A stretch of 64,000 bases of DNA from Candidatus Aenigmatarchaeota archaeon (GCA_030615205.1 JAUWZS010000001.1:10019-74018); one strand, 5' to 3'; positions 9,391 to 18,456 are shown, counted from the first letter of the stretch. Notes: generated from the letters alone by a model not told the origin. Translations and numbers: made by a program.

Positions 9391-11331
9391 ATGGAGTTGT
9401 TTGACATCGAAGATAATAAAGAAAAACTTAAGCTTATGGTGGGGGTATCAAGTGGTCTTTATACAATCGCAAGACCCCCTGAGCTGGCATCTGTTGTCCG
9501 TAAATTAGGCTTTGGGCTAACACGCGGCACTAATGCAATTGAGATAGCTGGAGATGTGCCACACGAGATAGATTTCACTCAAGGTAAGGAATTGCGTCAC
9601 ATTGCAGAGAAGCAGGGTCTTACCCTATTACTTCACGGTTCTTTGACGGTCCCGATGGCCATGCCTGAACGTGGTGAGTGGCGTGATGCACAAAATCATA
9701 TACAGAAATCTATACGCTCAGCTGTTATGGGTGGGTGCAAATATGTGAACTTCCACGCCTGTTTGCATTTCTGGCTTGAGATGATGACATATGCTGGACG
9801 CAAACTAACAATGGCTTTCTGTGATCATGAAGGTAAGTTTATAGACAAGATTTTGAAAGAAAATGATAAATTGAGAAAATGGTTCATTGAGAAGAAATGG
9901 GATATTTATGGCGGTGACATACTGGACAATGACGAGAGGGTAAGAGCTCAAATAGAAGCTGATAGAAAAATAGAAGAATGGAGACGAAGAGAATTAGCAG
10001 AAAGATTAAGGAGAGGGTTGCAAGGCCTCCCCGAGGAAGCTAGAGGAAACATAGAGAACATAGTAGAGCGTATATTGACTACAGGTGTTATACCGATAGG
10101 TTTGCCAGAAAACATTAGAGGAGCTCTACAAAAGATTATTGAGGATATGAGAAGTGACGTTGCTGAACAGGGCGCTAAAGACAGAAAAAAAGCTTTTCAA
10201 GATGTGATAGAGAAAAAACTCGAAAAAGGAGGAAAGTGGGATAGTGAGGAACTGCGCGCTGTTGTTGGGATAATAGATGGGTATCATATAATAGCGCATT
10301 ATCTTTATTACAGCAACGATCCAATCTGGCAAAGAATGTATGAAATGTACAAAGATGTTTTAGAAAGTGGCAGGTATAAGACAGTAACGTATTTTAAGAA
10401 TGGGAAAAATTACACCTATTCCCCTCGCGGGTTAGAAGGTGAGGTTGATTATTGGTTAGATGCTGCTTGGGAAAAAGCTGAAAGTGAAAATGACAGGGAG
10501 TTCAAAGAATTCTACTATGCTGTGTGCGCTGCGAAATACATAGAAGGCCATATGTCCATTGCGCTAAAGTGGATGAAAGATGAGAGCCCTGAAGGGCTGA
10601 TAGGAGGTATAACGGCTGAAGTAAAAGATGTTGAAGAAATTGAGAAATTGAGAAAGAATGCAAAAGATATTAGAATCACATTGGAAATACCAGATGCACG
10701 CTCCCCTGAATACGCCGGGCTTTATCTAATATGCCGGCCGAAACAGATATATGCTGCTGTAAAAACTATGCTCGCTCGGCTCAACACTGATAAACTACTT
10801 ATGTTGATAGATTTCGAGCATATAGCTACGCAAGGATTTGATCCCTTGAACGAAATAAGAGATTTCGTAAAACTAGCACCCGATGCTGGTAAATACATAT
10901 TATCATTGCACGTTACAAAACCTACGCCGCTTCATCATCATATACAGGTAGAGATAGGAGATGTAGAGGTCTATAAACTGCTTTGGGAACTTGCAAAAGT
11001 AGGACTTGGAAAATATCACACAACTTATTTAATTTTTGAGCGTGGTGGTGAAAGAGATCCATTCAAACAAAGCGTCACAGCAATAAGGTTAATGGTAGAG
11101 CAACTGAATCAGGGAACTACACCAGAGAACCTGATAGGCAAACCGAAGTTTTTCGGAGTAGCTGGTCCTACACCAGGTTCAGAAGAGCGGCAGCGTGTTA
11201 TAATACAAGAGCATGCACGCGACCCAATAGAAGGTCTGTTGGTCGTCCCGGAAGAGACGTATACATCTCTTGGAAAAGCCGGTATCGCAAAGATTGGCAA
11301 AGAAAAATGGAAAAAAGAAGAGTTGAGGTAG
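9391..11331 (+). CDS. xylose-isomerase/endonuclease-IV-like TIM-barrel protein split by an insertion of about 300 aa
   Basis: The N-terminal part (NAIEIAG, LLLHGS, YVNFHAC) and the C-terminal part (ITLEIP, LIDFEHIATQGFD, LSLHVTKP..HHH, LIFERGG) resemble the AP_endonuc_2 barrel pattern. The middle is helical and charged. Confidence 0.5.
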   Translation: MELFDIEDNKEKLKLMVGVSSGLYTIARPPELASVVRKLGFGLTRGTNAIEIAGDVPHEIDFTQGKELRHIAEKQGLTLLLHGSLTVPMAMPERGEWRDAQNHIQKSIRSAVMGGCKYVNFHACLHFWLEMMTYAGRKLTMAFCDHEGKFIDKILKENDKLRKWFIEKKWDIYGGDILDNDERVRAQIEADRKIEEWRRRELAERLRRGLQGLPEEARGNIENIVERILTTGVIPIGLPENIRGALQKIIEDMRSDVAEQGAKDRKKAFQDVIEKKLEKGGKWDSEELRAVVGIIDGYHIIAHYLYYSNDPIWQRMYEMYKDVLESGRYKTVTYFKNGKNYTYSPRGLEGEVDYWLDAAWEKAESENDREFKEFYYAVCAAKYIEGHMSIALKWMKDESPEGLIGGITAEVKDVEEIEKLRKNAKDIRITLEIPDARSPEYAGLYLICRPKQIYAAVKTMLARLNTDKLLMLIDFEHIATQGFDPLNEIRDFVKLAPDAGKYILSLHVTKPTPLHHHIQVEIGDVEVYKLLWELAKVGLGKYHTTYLIFERGGERDPFKQSVTAIRLMVEQLNQGTTPENLIGKPKFFGVAGPTPGSEERQRVIIQEHARDPIEGLLVVPEETYTSLGKAGIAKIGKEKWKKEELR

Positions 11332-11411
11332 TAGGCAAATAATTAATCTTAATCTGAAATTAACTACTCAAAAGTGATGGTAATCTTTATATATCCTACG
11401 CAATAAAGCAT

Positions 11412-12359
11412 ATGTATATGTCTTCAGAAAAGCATACGTCCTCAGAAAAACCATCAAAACCAAAACTGTTGAGGCCTATGGACAAACTAGAAAAAGAACT
11501 AGAAGACACGAAGCTTGTTAGAATTGAAGAAGAAACAAAACACAAAACAAGTGGAAGTGTAAAGAAGGCTAAAGGCTCAGAGAGTGGTAGGGTTCCTGAA
11601 GAAATTTTTAAAAAAGTCGTCAAATTCACAAATGCTGCGCGAATGGAGTATGGAAACATAATCAAATCAGTTCTTATTTTCGGTTCTGCTGCACGGGGCA
11701 CAATGAAAAGGGGGTCGGACGCGGATGTATGGGTTGTTCTTGATGATACTGCTACAAAAAGCACAGCCGACCTGAACAAAATCAACACACACTTGTATCT
11801 TATTGCCCACGGACTCAAAGATCTGCATATCCAAACCACAACACTCACAGAATTCTGGCAATGGATGAAACTCGGGAGCCCGGAGCTTGTAAATTTTCTG
11901 CGCTACAGTTTGCCTATATACGACACTGGGTTCATCAAACCAGTCAAACAAATGCTGGAAATGGGTCTTATACCGCCAAGCGAAGAGGCAATAAAGCTGA
12001 AAGCTCGTACGGCCAAGACGAGGCTGAAAAAAGTCAAGCTAGATCTTAAATCAATGGTTTTTGACTTGCGTTACACTGCTCTGGATATCTGTCAGGCTGT
12101 TGCAATGCATTACTATAAAAAACAGCCGGACGCAAAAGATATGCCTAAAATTCTGAACAAATTGGTGAAAGACAAAAAGTTGGAGCGCGTATACGTCAAA
12201 AAATTCAAACAGCTGAACAAATTGTGGAAAGATATAGACCACGAAAAAGTTAAAGATATTAATGCAAAGTACGCAGAAAGCGCGCTGGTTCTGGCAAATG
12301 AAATTTTCAAAAGAATGAACAAACTTTTACCGAAAGGTATCCGAGCAGAACAGAAATGA
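11412..12359 (+). CDS. nucleotidyltransferase-domain protein with a HEPN-like C-terminal helical domain (Rx4H degenerate)
   Basis: Minimal NTase motif FGSAARGTMKRGSDADVWVV. It is a paralog of the next gene (TLTEFW..., GLIPPSEEAI). Confidence 0.75.
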   Translation: MYMSSEKHTSSEKPSKPKLLRPMDKLEKELEDTKLVRIEEETKHKTSGSVKKAKGSESGRVPEEIFKKVVKFTNAARMEYGNIIKSVLIFGSAARGTMKRGSDADVWVVLDDTATKSTADLNKINTHLYLIAHGLKDLHIQTTTLTEFWQWMKLGSPELVNFLRYSLPIYDTGFIKPVKQMLEMGLIPPSEEAIKLKARTAKTRLKKVKLDLKSMVFDLRYTALDICQAVAMHYYKKQPDAKDMPKILNKLVKDKKLERVYVKKFKQLNKLWKDIDHEKVKDINAKYAESALVLANEIFKRMNKLLPKGIRAEQK

Positions 12360-12380
12360 TGCAAGAGGGCGATTAAAAAA

Positions 12381-13589
12381 ATGAAAAGAAAGAGAAAACC
12401 TAACAAGAAGAAAGAGAAACCTCTGCTAACAAAAGAAGAAAGGGTAAAAGAAGTTAAAAAATTCACAAAAGAAGTCTTGAAAAAATACGGTAAGCTTATC
12501 AAATGTGTAGTTGTTATGGGTTCCGTTGCGCGTGAAGAGTTTAAGCCAAAGAGTGACATAGATGTTTTCGTAGTGATTGATGATACAGCAAAAAAAATGA
12601 CACGTAATATGCACGATCAAATAGACTCGGACATAGAAAAAATAGCAAAGAGCACTTCCAAAGTTTTGTCCATTCAGCCTAGCTACACACTAACAGAATT
12701 CTGGGACTATGCGCGCGTCTGCCACCCGATAATCTACAATTTTATTAAAGAGGGCATAGCCGTGTATGATGCTGGATTTTTCATGCCAATCAAGCGATTA
12801 TTGAAAATGGGTCGAATACCATCCACACGCGAAGCAATCGAAAGCTATATGGAAGGCGCGCCGAAGAAGCTGATGCGTGCAAAGACTGTGAAGCTGCTTA
12901 TGCTTGCCGAGGATTGCTATTATGCTATGCTTAATACAACGCAGGCTGTTTTGATGTTCATGGGCCTAGCTCCGCCTGTGCCGAATAAAGCATATGATGA
13001 TGTGAAAAAGTTCTTGGTTGAGCCTGGCATACTTGAGCCGAAATATGCTGAGTGGCTCAAGGAGATAATTAAAGTCCGCAAAAAGATCGAGCACAAAGAA
13101 ATGATGGATGCGAGCGGAGCATTTGTAGACGAATGGATAGACAAAGCAGAGAAATACGTAGAAAAGATGTTTGGGCTGTTAAACGCGCTAGAGCTCCGCA
13201 AGATGGAAAAAATCCTAGAGCGGACGCACGAAGTTATGTACAAAGCAGCTATAACTGCACTTAAGAGCTTAAAAAAGATGCCTGAGAGAGAATCGCAGAT
13301 TCCTCTTGTGTTTAAACGTGAGTTCATCGACGCAAAACTAATAGAGCCATATTATTATGATATTTGGAAGCGCATCGAAAGCATGAAAAAACAAGTAGAT
13401 ACAGATAAAAAGAAAATACGCGACATTCCGGAAAAAGAAGTCTATCAGATGCGTGAATACATCCGCAAAATGATACGGGACCTTGCAAAAGTGTTAAAGG
13501 AAAAGGGAATCAAAGATGTTGAAGAAGACGTAAAAGAAGAAATTGAAACACAGCCCAAAAAAGAAAATGCGAAAGAAAATAAAAATTAG
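12381..13589 (+). CDS. nucleotidyltransferase-HEPN fusion protein
   Basis: NTase motif MGSVAREEFKPKSDIDVFVV, followed downstream by VRKKIEH, which fits the HEPN Rx4-6H motif. The N-terminus is lysine-rich. Confidence 0.75.
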   Translation: MKRKRKPNKKKEKPLLTKEERVKEVKKFTKEVLKKYGKLIKCVVVMGSVAREEFKPKSDIDVFVVIDDTAKKMTRNMHDQIDSDIEKIAKSTSKVLSIQPSYTLTEFWDYARVCHPIIYNFIKEGIAVYDAGFFMPIKRLLKMGRIPSTREAIESYMEGAPKKLMRAKTVKLLMLAEDCYYAMLNTTQAVLMFMGLAPPVPNKAYDDVKKFLVEPGILEPKYAEWLKEIIKVRKKIEHKEMMDASGAFVDEWIDKAEKYVEKMFGLLNALELRKMEKILERTHEVMYKAAITALKSLKKMPERESQIPLVFKREFIDAKLIEPYYYDIWKRIESMKKQVDTDKKKIRDIPEKEVYQMREYIRKMIRDLAKVLKEKGIKDVEEDVKEEIETQPKKENAKENKN

Positions 13590-13591
13590 TT

Positions 13592-14629
13592 TTACTCGTC
13601 CTTAGCTCGCTTTTCGACTTCTTCCACAATTCCTAATTTTTCTATGAGCTCTTTATAGCGATTTCGGATTGTGACTTCAGTAACACCTACGATGTCTGCA
13701 ACCTCACGCTGCGTTCTCTTTTCGCCTCCTAACACACAAGCAACGTATATCGCAGCTGCTGAAACACCTGTTGGACCTTTTCCTGAAGTGATGTCAAATT
13801 TCTTAGCTTTTCTTAGAATCTCAATTGCTTTTGCCTGTACTTTGTCGCTCAATCCAAGCAGGCTACAAAAGCGTGGGACATAATGCACAGGGTTTGCAGG
13901 AAGAATTCTTATGCCAAGCTCCCTTGATATATATCGATATGTTCTACCGATTTCTCTTTTTTCAACCCCACTTGCTTCTGATATTTCTTCAAGAGTACGT
14001 GGTGTTTCGAATTCTCTGCTCACAGCATAAGTTATGGCCGCCACAACAGATTCTATACTTCTTCCGCGGACTAGGCCTTTGTTTACAGCTTGCTCGTAAT
14101 ATCTTGCTATTCTTTCATGTACAGGGTGAGGAAGACTCAAAAATGAAATTACTCTTTGTAACTCAGAAAGCGCAAATGAAAGATTCCTATCCTTAGATTT
14201 TATCAATCGTTTGTGCCATTTTGTCAATCTGTAATATTGCGCTCGCTTCTTTGCTGGGACTTTATACAGCTCGCCAAGACCTTTTCCAATTTCAGTTGTA
14301 AGCCCTTTGTCATGCTTAGTAAAAGTCAAAGGTGCTCCACCTCTAGCACGCCTGCTCATCTGTTCGCTGTCAAAAGCCCTCCACTCCTGTCCAGTATCAA
14401 CAATATCGTGCTTCATAATAAATCCACATTTGGCGCAGTATCTTTCGCCTCTAGAAGCATCCTCGATAAAACGTGTGTTGCCACATTCAGGACAAACATG
14501 CTCTCTTCTTATAGGAGTCACAAGAGCTTTCGTAGTTTTTTTTCTTTTTATAGTTTTTCTTTTTCTTGCTTTCGCAGGTTTTCTTTTTGTAGTTTTTCTA
14601 CTTGTCTTGGTTTTCTTCTTACGTGCCAT
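13592..14629 (-). CDS. tfb: transcription initiation factor IIB (TFB) with a K/R-rich N-terminal extension of about 35 aa
   Basis: Zn ribbon CPECGNTRFIEDASRGERYCAKCG, two cyclin-like repeats, and a C-terminal HTH (VTEVTIRNRYKEL). Confidence 0.95.
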   Translation of the reverse strand: MARKKKTKTSRKTTKRKPAKARKRKTIKRKKTTKALVTPIRREHVCPECGNTRFIEDASRGERYCAKCGFIMKHDIVDTGQEWRAFDSEQMSRRARGGAPLTFTKHDKGLTTEIGKGLGELYKVPAKKRAQYYRLTKWHKRLIKSKDRNLSFALSELQRVISFLSLPHPVHERIARYYEQAVNKGLVRGRSIESVVAAITYAVSREFETPRTLEEISEASGVEKREIGRTYRYISRELGIRILPANPVHYVPRFCSLLGLSDKVQAKAIEILRKAKKFDITSGKGPTGVSAAAIYVACVLGGEKRTQREVADIVGVTEVTIRNRYKELIEKLGIVEEVEKRAKDE

Positions 14630-14878
14630 TTTTTATCACTCTATAGTGAAACCCACAATTGAAACTTATTAAACTATGCACCAAAAGGTATTTAAAGCTT
14701 ACGTTTTTGACTATCTTCTTGTTCCTGCTCGCAGTTTCAAGCACGACGGACATTCTATCCATATGTGCACATTCTATCTTAACATTTGTACCTTAAAACT
14801 CCTATTTTACGCAAGAGATAAAATTATTGAAATGTAAATAAGATTATTGATTTTATTGATTAAAAAATTGGTGGAAGC

Positions 14879-15094
14879 ATGGTAAAAGACTTTCCTTTAA
14901 CTCCGTTGGAGCGTGTGATGCGAAAGGCTGGTGCAGAACGTGTCTCAGGACCTGCAATAAAAGAAATGAAAAACATAATGCTTGAAATCGCGGACAAGAT
15001 TTCAATGAACGCGATGGCCGCTGCAAAACATGCGAAACGTGTTACAATTAAAAGAGAAGATATAGTGCTGGCAACAAGATCTGACAGATCGTAA
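14879..15094 (+). CDS. archaeal histone (HMf-type histone fold)
   Basis: 71 aa, LPLTPLERVMRKAGAERVS....AKHAKRVTIKREDI. GGTGG lies upstream of the ATG. Confidence 0.9.
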   Translation: MVKDFPLTPLERVMRKAGAERVSGPAIKEMKNIMLEIADKISMNAMAAAKHAKRVTIKREDIVLATRSDRS

Positions 15095-15117
15095 AAAATC
15101 TGACAGGGTGTGAAAAA

Positions 15118-15504
15118 ATGAAAATTAGCGCGATTATAAATAAGCTTAAACCTGGCGGATTCATACTTATAGATGATGTACCGTGTCGCGTGGAAAAAGT
15201 ACAGACAAGTTCTACTGGTAAGCACGGACATGCAAAGGTACGAGTAGACGCAATCGGAATTTTAGATGGCCGCAGACGAAGCATGGTCAAACCGTCTGGC
15301 GAGACTGTTGGCGTACCAATAGTAAATAAACACATTGCGCAAATACTTGCAATAGTCGGCGAGAATGCCCAGCTCATGGACATGGAGAGTTATGAGGTGT
15401 TCGAACTTCCAATACCAGAGGCGCTTAAAGATCAGCTTGAAGCTGGTAAAGAGATCGCGTATTTTGAGCTTGTAGGAATAAAGACATTGAAACAAATCAA
15501 GTAA
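15118..15504 (+). CDS. eif5a: translation initiation factor 5A
   Basis: Hypusine-loop motif SSTGKHGHAKV; 128 aa. Confidence 0.95.
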   Translation: MKISAIINKLKPGGFILIDDVPCRVEKVQTSSTGKHGHAKVRVDAIGILDGRRRSMVKPSGETVGVPIVNKHIAQILAIVGENAQLMDMESYEVFELPIPEALKDQLEAGKEIAYFELVGIKTLKQIK

Positions 15505-15576
15505 AAAGTTTTATCAACAAACGAACAAATTTTTTTAAATAAGGTATTTTTAAAACGGAAAAAACAAAATAAATGT

Positions 15577-15963
15577 ATGTGCATGGAAAAAAAGATGATA
15601 GCCTTTACGGTCTTGTTAGGATTTCTAATAACTGTAGCAACGTCACTTGTCCCTAATATGTACGTTATCGGCGAATTTCCAGATGTGAGATGCGTTTCGA
15701 CTCCTATTGTTGGAGTCGGCTATTGGGGAGTACCTTTACCATGGATTAAGCAGGTAGTATATCCTGGAGCGCCTAAACAAATCATTCCATCGCATTTCAT
15801 ACTTGATGTGGTGTTCTGGATAGTGGTCGTGTTCGTGATAAAGCTGTTCTACCTTACAGTAATCAAAGGGCAAAAGCCGAGGAGAAAAACAATACGCAAG
15901 GCCAGGCGTAAAAAGAAGAAAAGAAAACCTAAGAGAAAAACAAGAAGAATGAGACGGAGATAG
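15577..15963 (+). CDS. membrane protein with an extremely basic C-terminal tail
   Basis: Two or three hydrophobic segments are followed by KGQKPRRKTIRKARRKKKKRKPKRKTRRMRRR. Confidence 0.6.
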   Translation: MCMEKKMIAFTVLLGFLITVATSLVPNMYVIGEFPDVRCVSTPIVGVGYWGVPLPWIKQVVYPGAPKQIIPSHFILDVVFWIVVVFVIKLFYLTVIKGQKPRRKTIRKARRKKKKRKPKRKTRRMRRR

Positions 15964-16070
15964 CTTTCGACTGCATAACTTTCTTTTATTTTATCTAATT
16001 TTTTACACAATTTAATTCATTTTTAAATTTTTAATCCTGGTAAACAAGAATTAAAAAGATAACTATCTAA

Positions 16071-16152
16071 ATGATTGAAATAAGGATTTGAAATAAATGA
16101 TTGAAAAAAAAAAGTTTGAAATAAAGGTCTGAAATGAGAATTTTAAATAAGG
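16071..16152. repeat. about six degenerate tandem copies of a TTGAAATAA(G/A)G-like motif
   Basis: The sequence reads atgattgaaataagg / atttgaaataaatg / attgaaaaaaaa / gtttgaaataaagg / tctgaaatgag / ttttaaataagg. It ends 10 nt before the topoisomerase IB start codon. Confidence 0.6.
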
Positions 16153-16161
16153 CAGATTTAA

Positions 16162-17886
16162 ATGAAGCGACTATTCCATAACGGAGTATTGGTGTCCAAG
16201 TACGGACCGAGAGGATTCCATGTGCGTATCAGAGGCAAGAGTATAAAGCTCAGCCCAGTGCAAGAAGAGATGGCTGTTGCTTGGGTGAAAAAACTGGGTA
16301 CAGACTACGTAAACGACAGCATATTTGTTAGAAACTTTTTCACAGATTTTGGAAAGGCACTTGGGATTGACGGAAAAGTCGCCAGAGAAGATTTTGATTT
16401 TTCTGAAATAGAGAGATTCGTCGAGCAGGAGAGAGAAAAGAAGCTTAGCATGTCTAAAGAAGAGAAGAAAGCACTTGCAGCACAGCGGAAAAAAATACGC
16501 GAAGCAAACAAAGAAAAACATGGATATGCAGAAGTAGATGGTGAGCGAGTCGAGATTTCAAATTATGTTGTTGAACCGAGCTCGATATTCATGGGCCGTG
16601 GCAAACATCCGTTGCGCGGCAGATGGAAACAAGGCGCAAGACAGAGCGATATAACATTAAACGTATCACCCGATTCAAAAATCCCTGCAGGTGATTGGAA
16701 AGAGATTATTTGGGACCCGAGCTGTATGTGGATCGCAAGATGGGACGACAAATTGACTGGGAAGAAAAAATACATCTGGCTTTCTGAAACATCGTATATT
16801 AGACAAAAAAAGGAAATTGACAAATTCGAAAAGGCAAACGAGCTGGCAAAGGAATACAACCGAATCAAAAAGCACATCATGGAGAATCTAAGCTCGGAAA
16901 ACCAAAAAAGGAGAAAGATAGCAACTGTTTGTTATTTGATAGACGTGCTTAACATAAGGATCGGTGATGAAAAAGACAAAGATGAAGCTGATACTGTTGG
17001 CGCTACTACTTTGACAAAGAAGAACATTATCATAAAATCTGGCAACATCATCGAATTCGATTTTATAGGGAAGGATTTTGTGCGATTGAAAAGAGAAATC
17101 AGGCTGCCTGACCAAGTCGTGAAGAACATCGATGAGCTGATCTCAGCTGCAACAAGCCCAAAATCTTGCATATTCAACGGCGTACGCTCTGAAAATGTGA
17201 GCCTTTTTTTGGACGAGATCGCGCCTGGGATGAGCTCAAAAGTTTTCAGAACATATCATACCACAGAAGCTGTAACAGGCTTTTTGAAAAAAGCTGATGT
17301 GGATAAAAACGATTCTGAGGCGCAGAAAAAACATGTTGCAAAGATGGCCAACCTTCAAGCTGCTATACTGTGCAACCACAAACGCAAAATCCCAAAAAGT
17401 TGGCAAGCCTCGTTGGATAGGAAAAAGCTGCGGCTAAAGTTGCGCAAAGTAAAGGCGAAAGAAGCTGTAAAGAAGCTGGAGCAGAAAGCAATTGAGCATG
17501 AGCGGAAATACGAAGAGAAACTGAAAAAATATCAAAACCAGCTCGCAGAAAGAGAAAAACAAGGAAAATCTGTCAAAAAGTTGAAAGAGCGCATCAAGAA
17601 ACTAAAGATAAAACACAAGGAGCGCATGAAAAAGCTTAATGAGCGTGTTGAAAATAGAAAACAACGCGACAAAGCTTACATAGAGAAACTGAAACTGCAG
17701 ATCAAGGAGCAAGAGGCAACTCGGGATTATAATTTGGCCACATCGCTGAAAAGCTACATAGACCCACGGGTGTATAAAAAATGGTTCGAGAAGTTCGGTT
17801 TTGATTGGAAGGATTATTACCCCAAAACGCTTCAACGCAAATTCTCCTGGATTGAAAAAGATAAAAAAGAAAAAACAATAAATTAA
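16162..17886 (+). CDS. DNA topoisomerase IB (eukaryotic-type Topo I)
   Basis: VEPSSIFMGRGKHPLRGRWKQ resembles eukaryotic EPPGLFRGRGNHP. ADTVGATTL resembles ADTVGCCSL. Also present are FRTYHT, a coiled-coil linker, and LATSLKSYIDPRV containing the catalytic-Tyr motif. Confidence 0.9.
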   Translation: MKRLFHNGVLVSKYGPRGFHVRIRGKSIKLSPVQEEMAVAWVKKLGTDYVNDSIFVRNFFTDFGKALGIDGKVAREDFDFSEIERFVEQEREKKLSMSKEEKKALAAQRKKIREANKEKHGYAEVDGERVEISNYVVEPSSIFMGRGKHPLRGRWKQGARQSDITLNVSPDSKIPAGDWKEIIWDPSCMWIARWDDKLTGKKKYIWLSETSYIRQKKEIDKFEKANELAKEYNRIKKHIMENLSSENQKRRKIATVCYLIDVLNIRIGDEKDKDEADTVGATTLTKKNIIIKSGNIIEFDFIGKDFVRLKREIRLPDQVVKNIDELISAATSPKSCIFNGVRSENVSLFLDEIAPGMSSKVFRTYHTTEAVTGFLKKADVDKNDSEAQKKHVAKMANLQAAILCNHKRKIPKSWQASLDRKKLRLKLRKVKAKEAVKKLEQKAIEHERKYEEKLKKYQNQLAEREKQGKSVKKLKERIKKLKIKHKERMKKLNERVENRKQRDKAYIEKLKLQIKEQEATRDYNLATSLKSYIDPRVYKKWFEKFGFDWKDYYPKTLQRKFSWIEKDKKEKTIN

Positions 17887-17895
17887 TAGAGTATT

Positions 17896-18168
17896 ATGGT
17901 GAAAAAGAAGCGGCGGAAAAGTTCTAAAAGATCTAAAAGGGCCAAAAGGCCTAAAAGACGCAGCAGTTCAAAAGTGCGAAGGCTGTACAGATCAGGAAAA
18001 AATAAGATAATAGGCGGAGTTTGCGGCGGCGTTGCTGAATATCTAGATGTGGACCCGGTGATAGTCCGGCTTCTATGGGCCATTGGTGCATTTGCCTGGG
18101 GCACTGCAATTCTTCTGTACATAATAGCATGGATAATAATGCCTAGAAATCCTGATCATAGATGGTAG
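17896..18168 (+). CDS. PspC-domain membrane protein with a K/R-rich N-terminus
   Basis: LYRSGKNKIIGGVCGGVAEYLDVDPVIVRLLWA is followed by a TM helix. Confidence 0.8.
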   Translation: MVKKKRRKSSKRSKRAKRPKRRSSSKVRRLYRSGKNKIIGGVCGGVAEYLDVDPVIVRLLWAIGAFAWGTAILLYIIAWIIMPRNPDHRW

Positions 18169-18171
18169 CAC

Positions 18172-18456
18172 ATGCTCAGAATTCACGCATTTGTCTCAGG
18201 AATGGTTCAAGGAGTCTCCTTCAGATCTGAAACGAAAAGAATAGCCAAAAATTTAGACATTAAAGGCTGGATTAAAAACTTACCAGACAATAGAGTTGAA
18301 ATTATAGCAGAAGGGGAAAAAGATAAGATTGATGTATTGATAGAATTTTTAAAGAAAGGGCCTCCAGCTGCAAAAGTAGATAACGTAGATGTGAAAATAG
18401 AAAATCATAAGGGTGAATTCAAAGATTTTAGTATTAAGTACTGGTCATCTCCTTAA
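18172..18456 (+). CDS. acyP: acylphosphatase
   Basis: VSGMVQGVSFRSETKRIAKNLDIKGWIKNLPDNRVE; 94 aa. Confidence 0.9.
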   Translation: MLRIHAFVSGMVQGVSFRSETKRIAKNLDIKGWIKNLPDNRVEIIAEGEKDKIDVLIEFLKKGPPAAKVDNVDVKIENHKGEFKDFSIKYWSSP

